A DNA stretch of 37,926 nt from IMG/VR virus record IMGVR_UViG_3300043442_000982, positions 1 through 37,926 of that record. One strand, 5' to 3'. Source of the stretch: a virus. Taxonomy: Duplodnaviria; Caudoviricetes. Below are positions 17,193 through 25,117 of this stretch, one piece after another; positions within the stretch are counted from its first letter, which is position 1; every line of letters starts with the position of its first letter. The notes beneath the pieces are model-generated. The model saw nothing but the letters and a program-made list of their open reading frames with translations. It was not told the DNA's origin and made no database searches. A program made the translations under genes and the position numbers.

Positions 17193-17219
17193 GAGGGCAC
17201 ACTCACACAGGGAGGCGGT

Positions 17220-17396
17220 ATGCACGATGTAATTCCGCTCGAGCGGCAGGTGGAGGACCTGACCAAGTTGGTCGGGCTGTTGTTCCGGAAGGTGGCGCTC
17301 CTCCAGCAGGAGCTCACCGATCTCGATCGGGCTCGCATCCTCGACGCGCAGGTGGCGTGGGGCGAGGTGCAGAGCCTGAGCCGAGAGATTATGTAG
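17220..17396 (+). CDS. Small coiled-coil protein (58 aa, not in ORF track)
   Basis: Strong GGGAGG SD; MHDVIPLERQVEDLTKLVGLLFRKVALLQQELTDLDRARILDAQVAWGEVQSLSREIM. Confidence 0.65.
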   Translation: MHDVIPLERQVEDLTKLVGLLFRKVALLQQELTDLDRARILDAQVAWGEVQSLSREIM

Positions 17397-17468
17397 GACC
17401 GCTGGACCCGCCGTGGCACGTCGGCCGTGGCGGCACACTTACGGGGTCGCGACCCCAAGGAGATAGAG

Positions 17469-18116
17469 ATGGCTACCAAGTTGACGCTGGAGAACGCAGG
17501 TGACCGCGCCGTGATGACGGTGACGGAGTGCAAGTCGGTGACGACCAAGTTCGGCACCAAGCTGGTGTTCACGGGGACCACGGACGAGGGCGAGCTCGTC
17601 GAGACCCCGCTCATTCCGGATACGACCGGACTCAAGCAGTTGGATCGGCTCGGCCTCACCGCGGACACCGCGGTCGGCGAGCGGCTCGAGTTCTCCCGTG
17701 CCGCCAACCCGAGCGGCAAGCCCTACTGGAACATCGACCCCGCCCGTTCGGGTAGCCCGGCCCCATCCAAGCGGATGGCCGCTCCTAGTGCAATCACTGC
17801 ACCAGCGCCTACGCCAGTGGCGGATAAGAGCCCGGACCAGCGCCGGGATGCGATCGTGACGCAGTACCTCTTGCTCTGGCAGACGGTGGCCACCCAGCTC
17901 GCGCAGGTAAGCTCAGTCAAGGTGGACGCGCAGGCGGTGCAGGCGGCGACGGCCACGCTCTGGATCAGCCTCAAGGACCACGGCCTGCAGGTGACCCAGC
18001 CTGCGGCCAAGGCGGCTCCGGCGATCCCGACAACCCCGCCAGCCAGCGGAAAGCGGATTGCGCCGCCTGTCTCGCTTCCGCCCGAGGACCCGGCTGATGA
18101 CGACCTCCCTTTCTGA
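17469..18116 (+). CDS. Putative single-stranded DNA-binding protein
   Basis: AAGGAG SD; beta-rich N-terminal domain, Pro/Ala linkers, acidic C-terminal DDDLPF tail typical of SSBs. Confidence 0.6.
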   Translation: MATKLTLENAGDRAVMTVTECKSVTTKFGTKLVFTGTTDEGELVETPLIPDTTGLKQLDRLGLTADTAVGERLEFSRAANPSGKPYWNIDPARSGSPAPSKRMAAPSAITAPAPTPVADKSPDQRRDAIVTQYLLLWQTVATQLAQVSSVKVDAQAVQAATATLWISLKDHGLQVTQPAAKAAPAIPTTPPASGKRIAPPVSLPPEDPADDDLPF

Positions 18117-18276
18117 GTGGGACGACGAGGCCGAGGAGTTGGGGCACTGGACCTCGGCGTTAGTGGATGGCATCCGGACCCCCATCTGGGTGCCACACTG
18201 CCCCATTCACGTCGAGTGCGAGCAACCCTGCCGCGTCTGTGCGGCACCGCTCAGCCCGGCTGAAGGTGAGGAGTGA
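18097..18276 (+). CDS. Small Cys/His-rich protein
   Basis: HCPIH...CEQPCRVC. Confidence 0.4.
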   Translation: MTTSLSEWDDEAEELGHWTSALVDGIRTPIWVPHCPIHVECEQPCRVCAAPLSPAEGEE

Positions 18277-18731
18277 GGTGCCCGCTCGTGCGGTGCCGGG
18301 CGGTGATGGGAACGCGGATCGATCGGCTGGGGCGGGTGACGTATACCTGCCCCGGCTGTACCCGCCGCAAGCGGGGCCAATGCCAGCGGTGCCCGAAGGC
18401 GGTCGATGGGACCAAGGGCGTGGCCTATTACTGTACCGAGTGTCGGAAGCAGAAACAGCGGGAATCGGTGATGCGCTGGCAACGGAACCATCCTGACAAG
18501 GTCGCGAGGAACCAGCGGCGTAGGCGCTGGGCCGCGCAGGGGAAGAAGATGCCAACCGAGCCGATGAGTCCGAGTGAGGCTGGCAAGCTCGGCGGGAAGA
18601 AGGGATCGGCCGCCCGGATCGCCAGCTTAGGGCCAGAGCGGGTGAAGGAGATTGCGCTCAAGGCGGTCCGCATCCGGTGGGCCAAGCACTGGGAGCGCCA
18701 GCGGACTCTTGCGGAATCGCAGAACGTATAG
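18273..18731 (+). CDS. Zinc-finger protein with KGG-like basic C-terminus
   Basis: Four Cys pairs followed by SEAGKLGGKKGSAARIASLGPERVKEIA; GAGG SD. Confidence 0.65.
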   Translation: MRCPLVRCRAVMGTRIDRLGRVTYTCPGCTRRKRGQCQRCPKAVDGTKGVAYYCTECRKQKQRESVMRWQRNHPDKVARNQRRRRWAAQGKKMPTEPMSPSEAGKLGGKKGSAARIASLGPERVKEIALKAVRIRWAKHWERQRTLAESQNV

Positions 18732-18737
18732 TAAGTT
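18708..18737 (+). promoter_or_regulatory. Promoter for the structured RNA
   Basis: cTTGCGG-17-TAAGTT, placing the start just before the first hairpin. Confidence 0.5.
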
Positions 18738-18744
18738 GGCGGTG

Positions 18745-18860
18745 CGGTGACGTGAGAATCGCCGTGATGACGCAGGAACAGCCGATAGACCCCCGCAAGT
18801 AATCCGTCCAGACTTAAGTGTCTGGTTCTCACACGGAAGAACGCGGGGGTCGCTGTTTTA
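18745..18860 (+). ncRNA. C4-antisense-like structured RNA / attenuator
   Basis: Hairpin CGGTGA-[CGTGAGAA]-TCGCCG. A second long stem AACAGC..GACCCCCGC..TCCGT-CCAGAC/GTCTGG-[TTCTCAC]-ACGGA..GCGGGGGTC-GCTGTT ends in a T-run. The loop GTGAGAA is complementary to the bulge TTCTCAC. Confidence 0.6.
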
Positions 18861-19172
18861 CTGCGGGCCTTCTCTCGGTCTCCCGCAGGTGACCTGAACC
18901 GACAGGCCATACTCAATCCTGACCGTGCTGGCGACACCCGGTAACACAAATCCACGCTCTGCCTGCCTGCAACGTGGTCGGTCGTCTCGGGTCGTTCGCT
19001 GGGAGCAACACGGGGGCACAGCGGCCCCGCAGGTCACCCGTCGAGGGACTTCGCTCGAGCACCCCCGAGCAAGCGCAGACGGCCCCACCGCTGGCCTTCG
19101 GTCCCGCGTTCCACCGCACCCCCGCCGACGACCGGGAATGGCCGGGGTGTATCCTTCCACCACACACGCCCT

Positions 19173-19655
19173 ATGCCACTCGCCATTGCCACTGAGACCG
19201 GACAATTCCACGAGCATCGCGGCCGTCAGTTGCTCGAGGCCTTCGCTCGCCATACGCACAGCGAGCTGGTCGTCACCGATCCCACGTCCACCGCGGCGCT
19301 CGATGCGCTCTTCACCCGCGATGGGGTGGTGGTCGCGGTCGCCGAGGCCAAGACCCGCGTCAGCTACGACTACCCGGCGATCGAGCGGCTCGGCTCCTAC
19401 CTCGTCACCGCGGACAAGCTCGAGACCCTGACCCGCGTCGGCACCGCGCTGGCGGTGCCTGCCTTCCTCGTGACCGAGCTCAGCGACGGGGTCCGGCTCT
19501 ACTGGCACCTGACCAACAAGCACGGGCTCCGCCAGCTCCACTGGCTCGAGGCCCCGAGCCGCACCCTCTCGACCTCGATCGGAGCCGAGACCATCGTGCG
19601 GATGAACGCCTTCCTGCCGATCGAGGACGCCACGATCTGGGGCACGGGCGAATAA
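19173..19655 (+). CDS. PD-(D/E)xK-superfamily nuclease-like protein
   Basis: LDALF...VAVAEAKTR fits the D...ExK catalytic pattern. Confidence 0.6.
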   Translation: MPLAIATETGQFHEHRGRQLLEAFARHTHSELVVTDPTSTAALDALFTRDGVVVAVAEAKTRVSYDYPAIERLGSYLVTADKLETLTRVGTALAVPAFLVTELSDGVRLYWHLTNKHGLRQLHWLEAPSRTLSTSIGAETIVRMNAFLPIEDATIWGTGE

Positions 19656-19660
19656 TTTCT

Positions 19661-19690
19661 CTTGCGCGACCAGCGTGTCGGTGCTATACT
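19661..19690 (+). promoter_or_regulatory. Sigma70-like promoter with extended -10
   Basis: cTTGCGC-17-TATACT, with TG in the extended -10 position. Confidence 0.75.
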
Positions 19691-19739
19691 CAGCGTGTCG
19701 CGGCACAACAGCGACTCACACATAACCTCTGGGGGGAGT

Positions 19740-19967
19740 ATGCACGACCCGGCAACGGCCACGAAGGCCGTCCATCCTGTGGTGTCCGCGGTGCTCGAGC
19801 AGTTGCGGGGACCAGAGGAGCGGTCCAACGCCAAGGCTAAGATGCGGCTGGCGATGACGATCAACTACAACATCCACACGGTCCAGCACTGGGCGGCGGG
19901 TCGCCGTCAGCCTTGCGCGGATGCCATCGCCAAAATGGAGGAGGTGCTCAATGCCGCTCGTGCTTGA
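19740..19967 (+). CDS. HTH (Cro/XRE-like) protein
   Basis: RLAMTINYNIHTVQHWAAGRRQP; GGGGAG SD. Confidence 0.65.
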   Translation: MHDPATATKAVHPVVSAVLEQLRGPEERSNAKAKMRLAMTINYNIHTVQHWAAGRRQPCADAIAKMEEVLNAARA

Positions 19968-20682
19968 CATCGAAACCATCCCGCTCGAGGCCTCGCTCAC
20001 GCGCCCGTATCCCACGGACCGCCAGCCGCCTGCCAACTACAAGTCCGAGGAGACGATCGCCAAGTGGCGCGACGCCGATCGCGCTCGCTGGGAGGTGGAT
20101 CGCGCCAAGGAGTATAGCCTCAACCCGCGGCTCGGGCGCGTCCTCTGCCTCGGCTGGGCGACCACGGATGACGAGGGGAACCTCTTGACTCACGGCCTTG
20201 AGTATGCCGCGGAGGAGCCGAGCGAGGTCGATGTGCTGGAGCGCTTCTGGCAGATGGTGCTTGATGCCGACGGCCGCGTGGTGACGTGGAACGGGAGCTG
20301 GGATCTGCGTTTCCTCGTGATGCGCTCGCTCGCCTGCGGGGTCCAGCCCAGCATCGGGGCCTACTACATCCGCGAGTGGTTCCGTAAGTACGTCACGACC
20401 CCGCACTTCGACTGCAAGGCCGTGATCCTCAACTGGGACGTGCGCGTCTCAGGGGAAGGGCTCGATGAATGGTCCAAGTTCTTAGGCCTGCCCGGCAAGA
20501 CCGAAGGGATCAGCGGCAAGGACGTGTGGCCACTCTTCCAAGGCGGGATGCACGACGAGATCGCCGAGTACTGCGTCCGCGATGTGCTGGCCACCGCGGC
20601 GGTCTATCACCGCCTGCTTCCCTTCTTCGGCACCAAGCTCGCGCCCTCGCTCGAGATTGAGTTCGCCAGCGCGGAGGACTAA
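19951..20682 (+). CDS. 3'-5' exonuclease (DEDD / PolB proofreading-like, RNase H fold)
   Basis: ExoI LDIET, ExoII TWNGSWDLRFL, ExoIII EYCVRDV; GGAGG SD. Confidence 0.85.
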   Translation: MPLVLDIETIPLEASLTRPYPTDRQPPANYKSEETIAKWRDADRARWEVDRAKEYSLNPRLGRVLCLGWATTDDEGNLLTHGLEYAAEEPSEVDVLERFWQMVLDADGRVVTWNGSWDLRFLVMRSLACGVQPSIGAYYIREWFRKYVTTPHFDCKAVILNWDVRVSGEGLDEWSKFLGLPGKTEGISGKDVWPLFQGGMHDEIAEYCVRDVLATAAVYHRLLPFFGTKLAPSLEIEFASAED

Positions 20683-20686
20683 GCCA

Positions 20687-20911
20687 ATGGACTACCGTCA
20701 AGCACCGTGCGGCGACTCGGACTTCTCCGGCTACTCGGACAAGACCGCCTATGCCCCAGTCACGGGCGAGTACAGGGTGCCGTGGCCCCCAAAGACGACC
20801 CTGCATCGGCACCCGTCTGACTTCGCGATCTGGTTGGTGATTGCTCTCCTCGCGATGTGGGCCATCTGCGGCATCGTCGGACTTGTGATGGTGCTCCGAT
20901 GGCTGTTCTAA
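20687..20911 (+). CDS. Small membrane protein
   Basis: C-terminal TM segment; GGAGG SD. Confidence 0.55.
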   Translation: MDYRQAPCGDSDFSGYSDKTAYAPVTGEYRVPWPPKTTLHRHPSDFAIWLVIALLAMWAICGIVGLVMVLRWLF

Positions 20912-21288
20912 AGCCCCGCAAGCGGCCGCAGTATCTCGAGGCGATCGAGCAACGGCTGTTCATCAAGCGGCTCCGCACTGATCCGCGCACCAAGGATCTG
21001 CCGTGGTGCTCGGTGCCGAACGGCGGCAAGCGGAGCGCCCGAGAGGCCGCGTTGCTCAAGGCCGAAGGGGTGCAGGCTGGCGTCCCAGACTGGCTGTGCT
21101 TCGTCGCGACGAAACAAGCCAACGGGCTGGCGATCGAGTTCAAGTCGCCGACGGGCAAGGGGCGAGTCTCTCCGGATCAGAAGCACTGGCACGATCGCCT
21201 ACGTCACAACGAGTGGGCCGTGGACATTTGCACCACTGCCGAAGAAGCGTGGGGTACCCTTATGCACTATCTCGGATATGAGCTATAA
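20899..21288 (+). CDS. VRR-NUC domain nuclease
   Basis: VPNGGKR...LKAEGVQAGVPD...IEFKSPTGKGRVSPDQKHW. Confidence 0.88.
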   Translation: MAVLKPRKRPQYLEAIEQRLFIKRLRTDPRTKDLPWCSVPNGGKRSAREAALLKAEGVQAGVPDWLCFVATKQANGLAIEFKSPTGKGRVSPDQKHWHDRLRHNEWAVDICTTAEEAWGTLMHYLGYEL

Positions 21289-21502
21289 GCCCGTCGCTTG
21301 TCACTGCCACGATGTCTGCCAGCACTGCGCCGGGTGGAATCCGACCGCGCAGACCATCGCCCAGCACAACCTCCGCTGTGCCTGTCACGGCGAGCGGAGC
21401 TATCCCTCGACGCGGTATCACACCATCCCCACGGAGTCTCTATGTCCAACACCGCCTTCGTCCTTCTCGTTTTCATCATCGTCGCGCCGGGTCTCGTTCT
21501 AG
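21278..21502 (+). CDS. Cys/His-rich hypothetical protein
   Basis: CHCHDVCQHC...CACH; overlaps the next gene, so it is uncertain. Confidence 0.4.
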   Translation: MSYKPVACHCHDVCQHCAGWNPTAQTIAQHNLRCACHGERSYPSTRYHTIPTESLCPTPPSSFSFSSSSRRVSF

Positions 21503-21687
21503 CGGGCATCGTTATCACCGACCTTCAGCGGCAGGTCGCTCAGCTTACCGAGGCCCTGCGGGCACTGACACGGCCCACCATCACGGCGTCCACCAACCCG
21601 CCGGAGAGTGTCAACAAGGTGGACCTGACCGCGGCCAAGACCGCGACCAAGACGCGGAAGCCTCGCGCCATTCGGGGGGCACGATGA
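21442..21687 (+). CDS. Small membrane-anchored protein
   Basis: GGAG SD; N-terminal TM segment; basic tail. Confidence 0.6.
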   Translation: MSNTAFVLLVFIIVAPGLVLAGIVITDLQRQVAQLTEALRALTRPTITASTNPPESVNKVDLTAAKTATKTRKPRAIRGAR

Positions 21688-21863
21688 ATGGCAAGGGAGA
21701 CGCCGCCCGCCCGATGAGCGTGACGCAGGAAGAGTACGCCCGCCGCTGGGCGCTCGCCTTCGGATCGGCGGAAGAGTACGAGGCCGCGATCCGTGAGGCG
21801 GACGCGCACTGGGAGGTCATCAAGGAGCTCGAGCAGGCCACACGCCGCGGGATGTTGCCGTGA
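21684..21863 (+). CDS. Small phage protein
   Basis: MNGKGDAARPMSVTQEEYARRW; ATGA overlap. Confidence 0.6.
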   Translation: MNGKGDAARPMSVTQEEYARRWALAFGSAEEYEAAIREADAHWEVIKELEQATRRGMLP

Positions 21864-22009
21864 CGGATGACCCACGCTTTCGGGCAATCTGGACGCAGTT
21901 GGAGAAGCTGTGGAAGACGCAGGACACCGGGACGCCAGAAGACGTTGAGCGCGAGCACACCATCCTCACCACCCTTGTCGCCGAGTGGCAAAAACACAAT
22001 GAGCCATAA
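21860..22009 (+). CDS. Small hypothetical protein (49 aa, not in ORF track)
   Basis: GTGA overlap; MTDDPRFRAIWTQLEKLWKTQD...; fills the gap between neighbours. Confidence 0.5.
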   Translation: MTDDPRFRAIWTQLEKLWKTQDTGTPEDVEREHTILTTLVAEWQKHNEP

Positions 22010-22553
22010 CATCGACCTCCCCCACCATCGCTACGTCTGGGTGATCGAGAAGGCGGTCTATCGCAAGGGCTCGCAGGAGAAGGCAATCCCCGCGGTCTGG
22101 TGGGGGATCAGTGCCACGCCCGGCCGGATGTTCGGGTGTCACGTCCTCCTCGAGTCCGGCGCGATGGTCGTCGATCTCCCGCTCCACGCGCTCCGCCACG
22201 AGCCCGATGCGACGCACTACGTCCTGCCGGAGCTCGCGCAACGCTGGGACGCCTACGGCTGGGACATCGAGGCGCACCAGCCTGCCTATCTCTCGGGGCT
22301 CGACTGCCAAGTGCTGGACCCCACGCACAAGCACGTCGCAGGCACGGGCAATCTCTGGTTCTTCCTCGATCACGTCGGGGACGGCTACTCGTTCGAGCCC
22401 GGCCAGCACAAGCACCACTGGATCGTCGCGATGCACGAGGGCCACTTCGACTGCGTCCCGCAGGATATGCTCTTGATCAAGGAGGCCAGCTTCACCGTGC
22501 TGGATGGCATCCCGCCTGTCACGCGGCAAACGAAAATCTGGAGCTGTGAATGA
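21999..22553 (+). CDS. Conserved phage hypothetical protein (His-rich)
   Basis: HVLLESGAM...LPLHAL...QRWD...FLDH...QHKHH; resembles a widespread phage family of unknown function. Confidence 0.65.
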   Translation: MSHNIDLPHHRYVWVIEKAVYRKGSQEKAIPAVWWGISATPGRMFGCHVLLESGAMVVDLPLHALRHEPDATHYVLPELAQRWDAYGWDIEAHQPAYLSGLDCQVLDPTHKHVAGTGNLWFFLDHVGDGYSFEPGQHKHHWIVAMHEGHFDCVPQDMLLIKEASFTVLDGIPPVTRQTKIWSCE

Positions 22554-23854
22554 GCGAGCCTGCGATCGACGCCACCCTCTCCGATCACGAGCTCTTGACC
22601 GTGATCGCCGCGGCGTATGACAAGCACCAATGGGCGACCGTCGTCGAGCTCACCGATGCGTGGCTCGAGAGCCGCGGCACGATGCCGCCGGGGGCCTGCC
22701 ACTTCCGATCGGCTGGCCTGCAGGGGCTCGGGGAGTATGAGGCCGCGCTCGCGTGGGGTGGGCTGGCCTGCAAGGTCACGCCGCTATCGACCAAGCCGAA
22801 GGAGGCCGAGCGGACGATGTTCGTCTCCACGCGGATCGGGATGGGGATGTGCCTCGGTCGGCTCGGCCAGTGGGACGACGCGCTCCGGTTCTTCCGGGCC
22901 GCGCTCCGCGTCCCGACCAAGGACCCCTACGTCGCCGTCGCGCAGGCGCACTTGCGGCTCGCGATCACCGACTCGTGGAAGAAGGCGTGGCGCGAGCACG
23001 AGCAACGGATCGGCACCGATCGCTCGCCCGTCCTGCCCAACATCCCCGAGTGGGACGGCAAGCCGACCGACGGCCCGGTCGTGGTCCTGCACGAGCAGGG
23101 GATCGGCGACGCGGTGCTCTTCGCTCGCTGGTTGCCGTGGATCGCAGAGCGCTCGGGTCACCCCGTGATCTGGGCCGGCCCGAAGTTCCTGCACCGCTGG
23201 ATCGCGGCGATCCCCGGCGTTGGGTCCGTCGTGCCGCCAGAAGCCGCTCTGCTCGAGAAAGTCGGGGAGGGGGCGACCGATGTCCGCCTCGTCCTCGGAT
23301 CGTGCGTCACGCGGGCAATGACGGCCCCCTACCTGCACGGCACGACCCGGAAGACGATCCCCGCACCCGCCGCCCCGCCGCTCGAGAAGCCTGCCCGCCG
23401 TGGGCCGATGCGGATCGGGGTATGCTGGGCTGGGGCCGCGTCCGGGCATCACGACTTCGAGCGCTCGATCCCCACCGAGGACTTCGCCCTGCTGTGGGAG
23501 GGGGACCTGCCTGTCGAGTGGGTCAGCCTGCAGTATGCCACCGAGCCGCCGGAGGGTGCGCCCTTCCCCGCGATGCCGACGGGGGACGTGTACGCGACCG
23601 CGGAGATCGTCCGCTCCTGCGATCTCGTCGTGACGGTGGATACGAGCATCCTGCATATCGCGGGGAGCCTCGGGGTCCCGACGCTCTGCCTCACGCCAAC
23701 CACGCCTGACTGGCGCTACCCGCACTGGCCGGATGGGGACTCGACCCCGTGGTATCCCTCGGTCTCGTTGATTCGACGCGACAACGCCCGAGCGACCGCG
23801 GATCAAGTCCGCACCGCCCGGGCGTTGGTGGAGATGCTCCTGCAGTCCCGCTAA
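22550..23854 (+). CDS. TPR-repeat glycosyltransferase (GT9-like, GT-B fold)
   Basis: TPR-like N-terminus followed by HEQGIGD, RIGVCWAG, VSLQY, DLVVTVDTSILHIAGSLGVP, DWR, PWYPSV. Confidence 0.85.
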   Translation: MSEPAIDATLSDHELLTVIAAAYDKHQWATVVELTDAWLESRGTMPPGACHFRSAGLQGLGEYEAALAWGGLACKVTPLSTKPKEAERTMFVSTRIGMGMCLGRLGQWDDALRFFRAALRVPTKDPYVAVAQAHLRLAITDSWKKAWREHEQRIGTDRSPVLPNIPEWDGKPTDGPVVVLHEQGIGDAVLFARWLPWIAERSGHPVIWAGPKFLHRWIAAIPGVGSVVPPEAALLEKVGEGATDVRLVLGSCVTRAMTAPYLHGTTRKTIPAPAAPPLEKPARRGPMRIGVCWAGAASGHHDFERSIPTEDFALLWEGDLPVEWVSLQYATEPPEGAPFPAMPTGDVYATAEIVRSCDLVVTVDTSILHIAGSLGVPTLCLTPTTPDWRYPHWPDGDSTPWYPSVSLIRRDNARATADQVRTARALVEMLLQSR

Positions 23855-23858
23855 CCGC

Positions 23859-23929
23859 TCCCCTCTCGTCTAACGGCAGGACCCCGCACTTTGGATGCGG
23901 TAGTCGTGGTTCGAATCCACGGGGGGGAA
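23859..23929 (+). tRNA. tRNA-Gln (anticodon TTG), no encoded CCA
   Basis: Acceptor TCCCCTC/GGGGGGA; D arm GTC-TAACGGCAG-GAC; anticodon arm CCGCA-CT-TTG-GA-TGCGG; T arm CGTGG-TTCGAAT-CCACG. Confidence 0.93.
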
Positions 23930-23942
23930 GTACAACCCAGTC

Positions 23943-24164
23943 CTACTTCCGGCGTCGCGCCTGTCGTGCCGCCTGCTTCGCTCGCCGATCGGCCTCGACC
24001 GCCAGCTTGACCGCCTGCAGGAAGGCCGTGCCGTAGGGCAGGAGGAAGCCCGATCGGCGGCGGGGTTCCCGGAGGATGATCCCCTCCGGGGTCAGGGTGG
24101 CGACTAGGGTCTCGCCGCGGAGCGTGGTCACCTTGCGGGTGACGTTGCGGGTGAGCTCGGTCAC
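23943..24164 (-). CDS. Small basic hypothetical protein
   Basis: GGAGG SD; GTGA overlap; last gene of the leftward operon. Confidence 0.65.
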   Translation of the reverse strand: MTELTRNVTRKVTTLRGETLVATLTPEGIILREPRRRSGFLLPYGTAFLQAVKLAVEADRRAKQAARQARRRK

Positions 24165-24418
24165 TGGGCGATCCTCCGGCGGCGGGCCAGCTTCCGTTTC
24201 CAGCGCCGGACCATTGCCTCGTGGCCATCCTTCGCCTCGTCCTCGGTGTCGTACCCGGCGGCATCCAGCTCGCTGAAGTCCGTGATCCGGTAGCCATCGG
24301 CCGGGAAGACCTTGGTCTCGTAGCTTCGGTTCCAGTTGAGCGGGTACGGGATGCTGATCGTGCTGACGACGTGTCCCGGCACCGCGGTGTGAAGGCTCAG
24401 CTCGGTCGCGTTACGCAT
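24161..24418 (-). CDS. Small phage protein
   Basis: VVST...YETKVF...YDTEDEAKDGHEAMV pattern; GGAGG SD. Confidence 0.65.
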   Translation of the reverse strand: MRNATELSLHTAVPGHVVSTISIPYPLNWNRSYETKVFPADGYRITDFSELDAAGYDTEDEAKDGHEAMVRRWKRKLARRRRIAQ

Positions 24419-24421
24419 CGC

Positions 24422-24622
24422 TCAGGCCTCCTGCGGGATGGTGGTGATCGGCCGCTCGATGAGCCCGGCCTCGAGCAGTGCGCTGGCGGTGCGGCCGTAG
24501 TGCCCCTGCAGGCACCACGCGAGCCCGGAGTCCACCAGCCGCTGGAACACGTCCAGCACCTCGTCCTGCGTCAGCTCGCCCTGCTCGTAGGCGATCAGCT
24601 CGTCTAGTTCCACGTTCAACAT
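24422..24622 (-). CDS. Small phage protein (DUF7417-like)
   Basis: IAYEQGEL...[22 protein letters not shown]; family name recalled, not searched. Confidence 0.65.
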   Translation of the reverse strand: MLNVELDELIAYEQGELTQDEVLDVFQRLVDSGLAWCLQGHYGRTASALLEAGLIERPITTIPQEA

Positions 24623-24648
24623 TCCAGCCCCCTGTGTGTCGGCATTCT

Positions 24649-24709
24649 GGCCTCGTCAGTCGCGGCACTCACCGCGAGACGCCCCCGTCGTGCTGGGGAC
24701 GTTTCGGCC
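24649..24709 (-). ncRNA. Hammerhead ribozyme type II (HH-A)
   Basis: Minus strand: GGCC GAAAC GUCCCC-agcacgac-GGGGGC GUC^ UCGCGG-ugagug-CCGCGA CUGACGA GGCC. Predicted cut between 24678 and 24677. Confidence 0.92.
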
Positions 24710-24712
24710 TGC

Positions 24713-25087
24713 TCAGGCGGCGATCATCGGCAGGGTCATCTTCCCCGTCGCGAGGAAGTCCAGCCGGACCTGCGTGTACTCGATCGAGTTGTCCCAGAGC
24801 AGGCGCAGGAACTGGGTCCGGGTCCGGCGCACGGCGTTGGTCTTGAGCCCGACGAACAGGTGCAGGCTCTTCCAGAGGTAGATCTCGGTGCGGCCATCCG
24901 CCGAGTAGCGGGTCGCGCCGTTGATCTCTTCCCAGAGCCGGGTGCGGTGGATCGCCTCGGCGAGGTTCTTCTCCGTGATCGCGGGGATCCCGATGACCAT
25001 CGAGTTCCAGATGGCCCGCTCCAGATCCTTGGCGTACTGCTCGCGGATTTTGGCGGGGACCTTCTCGGCGTTCCAGTTGAGCGACAT
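24713..25087 (-). CDS. Hypothetical protein (124 aa) flanked by two hammerheads
   Basis: CACACAGGGAGG leader; MSLNWN...VIGIPAITEKNLAEAIHR...LFVGLKTN. Confidence 0.75.
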   Translation of the reverse strand: MSLNWNAEKVPAKIREQYAKDLERAIWNSMVIGIPAITEKNLAEAIHRTRLWEEINGATRYSADGRTEIYLWKSLHLFVGLKTNAVRRTRTQFLRLLWDNSIEYTQVRLDFLATGKMTLPMIAA

Positions 25088-25117
25088 ACCTACCTCCCTG
25101 TGTGTGTGAGACGTGCT

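Noticed and set aside
18858-19706. ORFs 18858-19706(-) and 18925-19431(+) as genes
   Set aside because: Low-complexity Arg/Pro/Ser translations with no SD that overlap the better-supported 19173-19655 gene.
19951-20682. DNA polymerase
   Set aside because: Only the 3'-5' exonuclease motifs are present; there is no polymerase domain in this or adjacent ORFs.
23930-23990. tRNA-associated HDV-like (theta) ribozyme or attP at the tRNA 3' end
   Set aside because: No nested double-pseudoknot pattern, no duplicated tRNA 3' end and no integrase; the sequence is the end of an opposite-strand gene.
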